This document shows, piece after piece, positions 40,708 to 48,866 of a stretch of 64,000 nucleotides of DNA. The notes beneath the pieces were generated by a model. That model searched no databases. It saw only the letters and a list, made by a program, of their open reading frames with translations, and was not told the DNA's origin. The position numbers were made by a program, and so were the translations under genes. The stretch's first letter is position 1, and the number at the start of each line of letters is the position of its first letter. The stretch comes from an uncultured Acidobacteriota bacterium (GTDB lineage: Bacteria > Acidobacteriota > Polarisedimenticolia > J045): positions 256,001-320,000 of the forward strand of contig CAVPCQ010000037.1 in assembly GCA_963702425.1 (NCBI GenBank), in the 5' to 3' direction.

Positions 40708-42140
40708 TATCGCATGTAGCCGAGGCCCTTCAGCGCCTCGACGTCCGCCGGATCGAGTTCGGTCCCGATCCAGTCCGCTGCGCGCGGCTGCAGCTTCACG
40801 TTCCGCCGGACCCCTTCGACCGCCAGTCGCATCTCGGCGACCCGGGCCGGTTCGTCCGGGGCGAGGTTCACCCGCTCGCCGGGATCCTGGTCGAGACGGA
40901 ACAGCTTCGGGGCGGAGCCGTCATCGATCAGCTTGTACCCGTCCGCGACCAGCGCCCATTCTCCCTTCCGCTCGGAGTAGGCAAAACGCGCCCCGCTGCC
41001 GTCGAAGCGGTTTTCGCCGGCGAGTTCGGACGGGACCCGCTGGCCGGCGAAGGCGAGCAGCGAGGGGAACAGGTCGATGGCGCGCGAGAGGAACTCGGCC
41101 TGCCGCGGCAGCGCTGCGGGTCGGGCGCCGCGCGGGAACTTGACGATCAACGGCACGCGGATCACCTCCTCCCACAGTGCGTGGCCGTGGGCGTAGCCCG
41201 CGTGATCGTAGAGCTCCTCGCCATGGTCCGCGGTCAGGATCAGCAGCATGTTGTCGTAGACCTTCAGCTCCTTCAGCCCTTCGATCAGCCGGGCCACGAA
41301 CTTCTCGTCGACCCGCCGGGTCGTCGCGTCGTACAACAGGTTGAGGAACTTCACGTCGTCGGGCTCGAGATGCAACTTCCCCTCGAGGATCTGTTTCTTC
41401 ATCTCGGCCGTCTGGAAACTCACGCCCGCGGCGATCCGCGCCGGCTCGTCGTAGGCGAAGCCGTGCCGCTCCATGTACGCCCGATCGCGACTGTTCGGCG
41501 GGAACGGGTGGTGCGTGCCCGCGAGGTGCACGTAGCCGAAGAACGGGGCCTCGGCCCGGCCGACGATCTCGAGCACCTTGTCCACCCGCTTGCCCTCGCT
41601 GGTGACCTCGTGCGGGCCGAGGTACTCGTCGAACCCTTGGGCGAAACCGTACTCCCGCAGCAGGTGAAGGCTCTTCGTCACTGCGAAGGTGGTGAAGCCG
41701 AGGCCGTGCAGCCGCTCGGCCATCGTCTCCAGTCCGTCGTCGAGCACCTGCGTCGTGAAGAACCGCTCTTGGCCCCCCGCGGTCGGCTCGTGGCCCTCCA
41801 TCACCCCGTGCTGGAAGGCGAACAGCCCGGTGAACAGGCTGGCCGTGGAGGTCTTGGTCCAGGCCCCCTGCGCGTAGTGGTGGCGGAACAGCACCGCGTC
41901 GGGATCGGCCGCCAGCCGGTCGATGGTCGGGCTGGTTTCGAGCGGATAGCCGTAGCAGCCGAGCCGGTCGGCGCGCAGCGCGTCCACCACGACGATCAGC
42001 ACGCTCGGCCGCGCGGCCGTGGCGGCCGGCGCCGCGGCGGGACGGGATCGGCCGCAGGACAGGGCAGCGGCGAGCAGCAAGCAGGCACCGGTGCAGGCGG
42101 CGACGCGGCCGAGCGATCGAGACTTGAGCGAGTGCGGCAC
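40707..42140 (-). CDS. Sulfatase-like hydrolase (alkaline phosphatase superfamily), lipoprotein
   Basis: VVDALRAD, WTKTSTASLFTG, TADHGEE, HGH.L.EE.IRVPLI, DPGE..NL, LKGLGY; lipobox ALSC. Confidence 0.88.
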   Translation of the reverse strand: MPHSLKSRSLGRVAACTGACLLLAAALSCGRSRPAAAPAATAARPSVLIVVVDALRADRLGCYGYPLETSPTIDRLAADPDAVLFRHHYAQGAWTKTSTASLFTGLFAFQHGVMEGHEPTAGGQERFFTTQVLDDGLETMAERLHGLGFTTFAVTKSLHLLREYGFAQGFDEYLGPHEVTSEGKRVDKVLEIVGRAEAPFFGYVHLAGTHHPFPPNSRDRAYMERHGFAYDEPARIAAGVSFQTAEMKKQILEGKLHLEPDDVKFLNLLYDATTRRVDEKFVARLIEGLKELKVYDNMLLILTADHGEELYDHAGYAHGHALWEEVIRVPLIVKFPRGARPAALPRQAEFLSRAIDLFPSLLAFAGQRVPSELAGENRFDGSGARFAYSERKGEWALVADGYKLIDDGSAPKLFRLDQDPGERVNLAPDEPARVAEMRLAVEGVRRNVKLQPRAADWIGTELDPADVEALKGLGYMR

Positions 42141-42170
42141 CGTGCGGGTCCTCGTGCCCGCGCCCGAGGC

Positions 42171-42210
42171 GGGGCGGGGCGGGGCGGGGCGGGGCGGGGC
42201 GGGGCGGGGC
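42171..42210. repeat. (GGGGC)8 tandem repeat, potential G-quadruplex
   Basis: Eight perfect units read directly. Confidence 0.95.
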
Positions 42211-42373
42211 GGCGGATCGTAGCACGTCGAGGATCCGCGGCCGGGCTGCGCCCCCGTGCGGTCGTGCTGCCGCGCGGGTACGCGCCGGGTCGCTCCCGGC
42301 CCCTCTGGCGCGGCCCCCCCGCCGGGCCGATATACTCCTGCGCTCCAGGACGTTCGCGAAAGGACTGCCGCGC

Positions 42374-43509
42374 GTGAGTTCGCCCGATGAGACCCCGAGC
42401 ACCGCGCCGCCCGAGCCCGGGTCCCCGGTACCGGCCGGGGCGCTCGAGGGCTCCCCGGTGCCCGCCGCGATCACCCGGATCTTCAGCGGGATGCAGCCGT
42501 CCGGGGAACTGCACATCGGCAACTGGCTCGGCGCGCTCGCCAACTGGGTTGCGCTGCAGGAGCACCACCCCTGCATCTTCTCGATCGTCGACCTGCACGC
42601 GATCACGCAGGACTACGACCCGGCCGAGATGCCGGTCCGGATCAGGGACATGGCGCTCGGCTGGCTGGCCGCCGGGATCGACCCCGAGCGGTCGATCGTC
42701 TTCGTGCAGAGCGCCGTCCCCGAGCACTCCGAGCTGGCCTGGATCTTCAACACCCTGGTCCCGCTCGGCCTGCTCGAGCGCATGACGCAGTTCAAGGACA
42801 AGGCGAAGAGCCAGCCCGAGAACGTCAATGCCGGCCTCCTGACCTATCCGCTGCTGCAGGCCGCCGACATCGCGATCTACAAGGCCGACGGCGTACCGGT
42901 CGGCGAGGACCAGGTCCAGCACCTCGAGATGGCGCGCGACGCGGTGCGCAAGTTCAACAACCGCTTCGGCGAGGTCTTCCCCGAGCCGCAGCCGATCCTG
43001 TCTCCGGCGCGCAAGGTCCTCGGCCTCGACGGCGAGCGCAAGATGTCGAAGAGCCTCAACAACCAGATCGGCCTCAACGACGCGCCGGAGGTCGTCTGGG
43101 AGAAGCTGGCCCCGGCCAAGACCGACGTGCGCCGCAAGAAGCGCACCGACCCCGGCGTGCCGGAGGACTGCAACATCTTCGCGTACCACGGCTTCTTCTC
43201 CTCTCCCGACCAGCGCGCCTGGGCCGCGGAGGGTTGCCGCACCGCGGGGATCGGCTGCCGCGACTGCAAGCAGGTCCTGGCGAGGAACATCGACGCCGCG
43301 CTGGCGCCGATGCGCGAGCGGCGCGCGGAACTGGAGCGCCACCCGGGCCGGGTGGACGAGGTCCTCGCCGCCGGCGCGGCCGCGCTGCGGCCGATCGCGC
43401 GGGCGACGATGGAAGAAGTGCGCGCGAAGATGGGGCTCGACGCGCGGGTGCGCTACGCGGGGGAGCGCCTGGGGCGGCCGTCGCCGTCGCGGGGGGCAGC
43501 GGCCTATGA
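42374..43509 (+). CDS. trpS: Tryptophan--tRNA ligase (apparent 1-nt indel near 3' end; as assembled the frame runs on to 44446)
   Basis: SGMQPSG.LHIGN, YPLLQAADI, VPVGEDQ, KMSKS. TrpRS-like sequence ends near VRAKMGL; the TGA overlapping the tyrS ATG is out of frame. Confidence 0.93.
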
Positions 43510-44741
43510 CCGGCGAGCGCCGCGAGTTCCCCCCGGCCGACGAGCAGCTCGAGGTCCTGCGGCGCGGCCTCGTCGACTTCATCTCCGAGGACGAGCTGAG
43601 GCGGAAGCTCGAGCGCTCGCGCGCCGCGGGGACCCCACTGGCGGTCAAGGTCGGTTTCGACCCCACGGCGCCCGACATCCACCTCGGCCACACCGTCCTG
43701 ATGCGCAAGATGCGGCAGTTCCAGGACCTCGGGCACCAGGTCGTCTACGTCATCGGCGACTTCACGGCCGCGATCGGCGACCCGTCGGGGCGCTCCAGAA
43801 CGCGTCCGCCGCTGACGCGCGAGCAGATCCTGGCCAACGCCGAGACCTACACCCGCCAGGCCTTCATGACGCTCGACCGCGGCCGTGCCGTCACGCGCTT
43901 CAACTCCGAGTGGCTCCTGCCGCTCGGCGCCGACGGGATGGTCAGGCTGGCGGCGAAATACACCGTGGCCCGGATGCTCGAGCGCCGCGACTTCCGCGAG
44001 CGCTTCGACGGCGGCGTGCCGATCCTGGTCCACGAGTTCCTCTACCCGCTGGCCCAGGCCTACGACTCGGTCGCGCTCGCCGCGGACGTCGAGCTCGGCG
44101 GCACCGACCAGCTCTTCAATCTCAACGTCGGGCGCGAGATCATGCCCGACTACGGGCTGGAGCCGCAGGTCATCATGACCGTGCCGCTGCTCGAGGGGAC
44201 CGACGGCTCGGACAAGATGTCGAAGTCACTCGGCAACTATGTCGGAGTGACCGACGCCCCGAACGAGATCTTCGGCAAGGTGATGTCGATCAGCGACACG
44301 CTGATGTGGCGCTGGTACGAGCTGCTGACCGACGAGGGGTCCGAGGGCGCGAAGCGGCTGCGCGGGGCCGTCGAGCGCGGCGAGCGGCACCCGCGCGACG
44401 CGAAGGTCGGCCTGGCGCGGATCCTGGTCGCGCGCTTCCACGGTGACGCGGCGGCCGACGAGGCCGTGACCCACTTCGAGCAGGTCTTCGCGCGCAAGGA
44501 GCTACCGGACGAGATCGCGGTCGTCGCGCTGCCCGCGGGCGACGAGCCGCTGTGGCTGCCCGCGCTGCTCAAGGCGACCGGCCTCGCCGCGTCGACCAGC
44601 GCGGCGCGGCGCCTGATCCAGGGCGGAGGGGTGAAGATCGACGGCGAGAAGATCGCCAGCGACGAGGCTGTGGTGCCCGCCCGCGGCGAGCTGCTGGTGC
44701 AGGTCGGGAAGCGCCACTTCCTCAGGGTGCGATTCGCCTGA
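43506..44741 (+). CDS. tyrS: Tyrosine--tRNA ligase with S4 domain
   Basis: GFDPTAPDIHLGH, ELGGTDQ.FN, KMSKSLGNY, ARRLIQGGGVKIDG, QVGKR. Confidence 0.97.
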   Translation: MTGERREFPPADEQLEVLRRGLVDFISEDELRRKLERSRAAGTPLAVKVGFDPTAPDIHLGHTVLMRKMRQFQDLGHQVVYVIGDFTAAIGDPSGRSRTRPPLTREQILANAETYTRQAFMTLDRGRAVTRFNSEWLLPLGADGMVRLAAKYTVARMLERRDFRERFDGGVPILVHEFLYPLAQAYDSVALAADVELGGTDQLFNLNVGREIMPDYGLEPQVIMTVPLLEGTDGSDKMSKSLGNYVGVTDAPNEIFGKVMSISDTLMWRWYELLTDEGSEGAKRLRGAVERGERHPRDAKVGLARILVARFHGDAAADEAVTHFEQVFARKELPDEIAVVALPAGDEPLWLPALLKATGLAASTSAARRLIQGGGVKIDGEKIASDEAVVPARGELLVQVGKRHFLRVRFA

Positions 44742-44769
44742 AGAGCGGCGCCAGCCGGGGACGGCGAAG

Positions 44770-45375
44770 GTGACTGTCGCAAGAAAACCGCGTGCCGCGC
44801 CGGAGCGGCCGGACGACGCCGCACTCGTGCGCGCCTGCCTCGCCGGCGACGGGCGGGCCTGGGAGGCGCTGATCGGGCGCTACCGCCGGCTCGTCTACTC
44901 GATCCCGGTCGCCTACCGGCTCCCCTCCGACCAGGCCGACGAGGTCTTCCAGCGGGTCTTCGTCAAGCTGCTCGAGCAGCTCGCTCGGCTGCGCCGCGTC
45001 GAGTCGCTGGCCTCGTGGCTGGCGACCGTCGCGCGCCACGAGTGCCAGGCGCTGCGGCGCGAGGGGGCGCGCTTCGCCGAAGACGACGCCGAGACGATCC
45101 TCGACCGGGCCGTGGCGCCGCCTTCGAATCTCGCCGGGGCGCTCGATCAGGTCGAGAGCGAGCACGCCTTGGCGCTGGCGCTCGAGCGGGTCGGGGAGCC
45201 CTGCCGGACCCTGATCGCGGCGCTCTACCTCGAGGATCCCGTCCCGTCCTACGCCGAGACCGCGGCGCGGATCGGCCGCCCGATCGGAGCCCTGGGGCCG
45301 ACCCGCGCGCGTTGCCTCGCCAAGCTCCGGAAGCTGTACGAGCAGGGGGGCGGCCCCCCGGTGGCTTTCGACTGA
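44770..45375 (+). CDS. ECF sigma factor (GPTRARCL-type)
   Basis: GDGRAWEALI.RY..LVYSI, SWLATVARHE, SYAETAARIG.PIGALGPTRARCLAKLR. Confidence 0.92.
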   Translation: MTVARKPRAAPERPDDAALVRACLAGDGRAWEALIGRYRRLVYSIPVAYRLPSDQADEVFQRVFVKLLEQLARLRRVESLASWLATVARHECQALRREGARFAEDDAETILDRAVAPPSNLAGALDQVESEHALALALERVGEPCRTLIAALYLEDPVPSYAETAARIGRPIGALGPTRARCLAKLRKLYEQGGGPPVAFD

Positions 45376-45478
45376 CGGACCGGTATCAGGCGGGGAGTTC
45401 GCCGCTCTGCAGGGTGACGGGTCAGGCAACGGCAAGGGTTGGACGGTCCGGTTGGGCCGTCGGTCGGAGGGGCAGGAG

Positions 45479-45994
45479 ATGACGAGACACTCGCGCGAGG
45501 CCGATCCCGAGCGGCTCGCGGCGCTGATCAAGGGGATCCACCTGGTGGAGCCACCGCCGGGGACCATCCACAAGGCACTGGCGCTCCGCAGCCTGTTGCC
45601 AGCGCCGGGGTCCGGTCCTCTCGAATGGCTGGCGACGCTGCTCTTCGACTCGCTGGCTGCCCCCCTGCCGGCCGGGGTCCGCGGTGCCGCGCTGGCCGAG
45701 CGCCGCCTGCTCTACCGGCTGGACGCCGGCGACGAGGTCCGGCAGCTCGACCTGCTGGTGCGCGGCAAGGCCGGCCGACTCGAAGTGGCCGGGCAGGTCC
45801 TGCCCCCGCTCCCCGGCGCGACCGTCGCCGTCCGTTCGGGCCGCAGCATCCGGCGCCAGGCACTCGGCGAGGCGGGGGACTTCCTCCTCCGCGGCATTCC
45901 GCTGGCCCGCGCAGGCGTCACGCTGGCGCTCGAGGTCGACGGCCGGCCGGCGGTCGAGATCGCGGGGATCGCGCTCTCCGCCGGCAGCGCCTGA
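45479..45994 (+). CDS. Putative soluble anti-sigma/CHAT substrate with C-terminal beta-sandwich
   Basis: AGGAG RBS; LLFDS..PAGVRG..RRLLY; no TM segment; lies between the ECF and CHAT genes. Confidence 0.6.
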   Translation: MTRHSREADPERLAALIKGIHLVEPPPGTIHKALALRSLLPAPGSGPLEWLATLLFDSLAAPLPAGVRGAALAERRLLYRLDAGDEVRQLDLLVRGKAGRLEVAGQVLPPLPGATVAVRSGRSIRRQALGEAGDFLLRGIPLARAGVTLALEVDGRPAVEIAGIALSAGSA

Positions 45995-45995
45995 G

Positions 45996-48840
45996 ATGCT
46001 CCCCGGGCGCCGCGCGTCCCGCCGCCGGTTCGACGCGAGGCGGCTCGCGGCGCTCGAGTCGCGCTTCGCCGATCTCGCGCGGACCGATGCGCGGCGTGCG
46101 GCGGCTGCGGCCCGCGAGCTGGCCCGTTACGCGGCGGCGACCGGCGAGCCGCGCGCGGCCGGGGCGGCCCAGCACGCGGCCGGGGTCCTGGCCCACCTCG
46201 CCGGGCGTCCGGCCGAGGCCCGGCTGCGGCTCACCGCTGCGGCCGCGGTCTATCGTGATGCCCGGCTCTGGACCGATGCCGGCGACATGCAGCGGATCCT
46301 GGTCGACGTCGCGGTGCAGTCGGGGGACGCGATCGGCGCACGGGCCGCGGCCCGATCCGCGCGGGCCTGCTACGCGCGCGCCGGGGACAGCGACCCGCGG
46401 CGGCTCGGTGGGCTGGCGCTGAACCTCGGCAACCTGCAACACCGGCTCGACCGCCACCGCGAGGCGCTGGCACTCTATCGCACCGCGCGCCAGCAGTTCA
46501 CCAGCGCCCGGGACCGGCGGCGGCTGGCGTTCGTCGACTACAACGAGGCCAACATCCTGGCGACGCTCGATCGAACGACTGCCGCCCGGCGCGGGTACGA
46601 GGCCGCCCGCGCCCACTTCGCGAGCGAGCGGCTCGCGGCGCTGACGGCGCAAGCCGACTACGCGCTGGCCGGGATCGACCTGCTGGAAGGGTTGCTCGAT
46701 CCGGCGCTGGCGCGCCTCGACGACGTGCGGGAACGCCAGCTGCAGCTCGGCGATCGACCGGGGGCCGCCGCCAGCGATCTCGACGCGGCCGAGGCGTTGC
46801 TGCGGCTGAATCGGCCCGAGGAGGCCGAAGCGCGCGCGCGACGCGCGGCGGACGCCTTCCGCCGCCAGGCGCGTCGCGGGGCCGACCTCGCGCAGGCGCT
46901 CGGCGCGCGCGGTGGGGCGGCGCTGCAGCTCGGCCGGCCACGCGCCGCAGCGCGGCTCTTCGCGCGCGGGAGCGCGCTGTACGAAGCCGAAGGCAACCGC
47001 GTCGGGGCGGCGCTCCTGGCGACCGGCGAGGCCCAGGCGCTGACCCGCGCCGCCGGCCGCGGGCCGGAGTGGCGGGCGGCGGCGGCGCGCGCGCGCGCCG
47101 CCGGGACGCTGCTGGAGCGCAGGGGGATGATCGCGCGGGCGGCGCGGGCGTACGCCGTCGCAGCGGCCGCCGAGCGGGATGCCGGTCGCGCCGCGCCGGC
47201 CCGAGCACTGGCGGAGCGCGCGCTGCGCCTCGCCCGCCGCCGGCGCGACCCGCGCGTCGAGCTGGCAGCGCGGACGGTCCTGGCCTCGCTGGCGGACCGG
47301 GACGGGCGGCTCGGCGAGGCCTTCCGCGAGCTGGCAGCCGCCGAGCGCTGCATCGTCCGGATGCGCGCCGGGCTCTCCTCGGAAGAGAGCCGCCTCGCCT
47401 TCGCGCTCGACAAGGGCTCGGTCTACGAGGCGATCCTCGCCAACCGGCTGCAGCGCGGCGGTGCGCGCGCGGTGCGGCAGGCGCTGCACTACGCCGAGCG
47501 CGGGAAGGCGCGCGCGCTGGCCGAAGAGATCGCGCGTGGGCCGCGCGGCGGATCGCCCCCGCGCCGCGCGGAAGCGCGCCGGCTCGCGGCGCGGCTGGAG
47601 CAGCTGGAGCGCGAGCTCGCGGTGGCCGAGGCGCGGCTCGAATCCGGCGACGCGCCGGCCGGAGTGCGCGCCCAGGCTGGCGCACGGCTCGGCCGGCTCG
47701 TCACCGAACGGGCCCACGCCCTGGCCCAGCTCGCCGCACGGGATCCGCTGGCGGCGCTGCTGCACGGCGGAGCGGTGCCCGGGCCGGCCGAGGCGATGGC
47801 GGCGCTGCGGCCCGAGGAGGTCGTGCTCGAGTACGCGGTCTCCGAAGGGCGCTATCAGCTCTTCGTCGTCGAGCGCGAGCCGGGTCGAGGTGATCCGCGA
47901 TCTGGCACCCGTCGACGAGATCCAGGACCTCGCCGACCGGCTGCGCTTCCAACTGGGGCGGGGGATTCTCGGCGACGACTTCCACGGCGCGCACGAGGCG
48001 GCGATCCATGCCGCCTGCCGGCTCTACCTCGGCCGGCTCCACGCCGCGCTGCTGGGTCCGCTCGGCGATCGGTTCCACGGGCGCGCGCTGCGGATCGTGC
48101 CGCACGGCGCGCTCCACGGGCTGCCGTTCCACGCCTTCGAGTCGGGCGGCGTGCCGCTCGTCGAACGCGGACCGGTCTCGTATGTGCCGAGCCTCGCGGT
48201 GCTGGCGATGCTCGCCCGCGGGCGCCGCGGCGCACCGCGGCCGGCCGCTCCCCTCGTGCTGGGCGTCGCCGACGGCCGCGCCCCCCAGATCGAGTTCGAG
48301 GTCGACGCGGTGGAGCGGCGGCTCGGCGGGGCGCGCGTGCTGCGCGGGGCCGAAGCGACCCGCGCCGCGCTGGCCGGGAGCGGCCACCGCCCGTCGGTGC
48401 TGCACATCGCCTGTCACGGGATGTTCGCGGAGTCCGGGGCCTTCACCGGAGCGCTCCGGCTGGGGGACACCTGGGTTGCATTACCGGACATTTACCGGCT
48501 CCAGGGGACCGCCGAGATCGTCGTCCTCTCGGGGTGCGACACCGGCCGCGGCACGGTACATTCAGGGGACGAGTGGGTCAGCCTGGTACGCGGGTTCTTA
48601 CAGGCCGGGGCTCGAACGGTGGTGGCCGCCATGTGGGACGTGCACGATCTTTCTGCCGTCGGGCTGATGGACGACTTCTACGCGCGACTCGCCGCGGGAG
48701 AGCCGGTCGGTCCGGCGCTCGCCGCCGCCCAGCGCGCCGCCCGGCGGCGCGACGCGTCGCCGCTGCGCTGGGCCCCCTTCATGGTGGCCGGAGATCCCTG
48801 GACGCGGTTGCCCGCCGCGGACCGACAGGCGGTCGCTTGA
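45996..48840 (+). CDS. TPR-CHAT caspase-like (clan CD) protease; apparent frameshift at ~47877
   Basis: TPR repeats and ERGKARAL in one frame up to VLEY..LFVVER; next frame gives RIVPHGALHGLPF, LHIACHG (His), LSGCDTG (Cys), VAAMWDV, WAPF. Confidence 0.88.
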
Positions 48841-48866
48841 ACGGCCGCACGGAAGGCAGCCCCCCC

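Noticed and set aside
42374-44446. 690-aa extended TrpRS
   Set aside because: The extension is low-complexity off-frame translation over tyrS, most likely from a 1-nt indel.
44770-48840. Type III-E CRISPR (Craspase) locus
   Set aside because: TPR-CHAT and a sigma factor are present, but there is no Cas7-11, other cas gene or array in the window.
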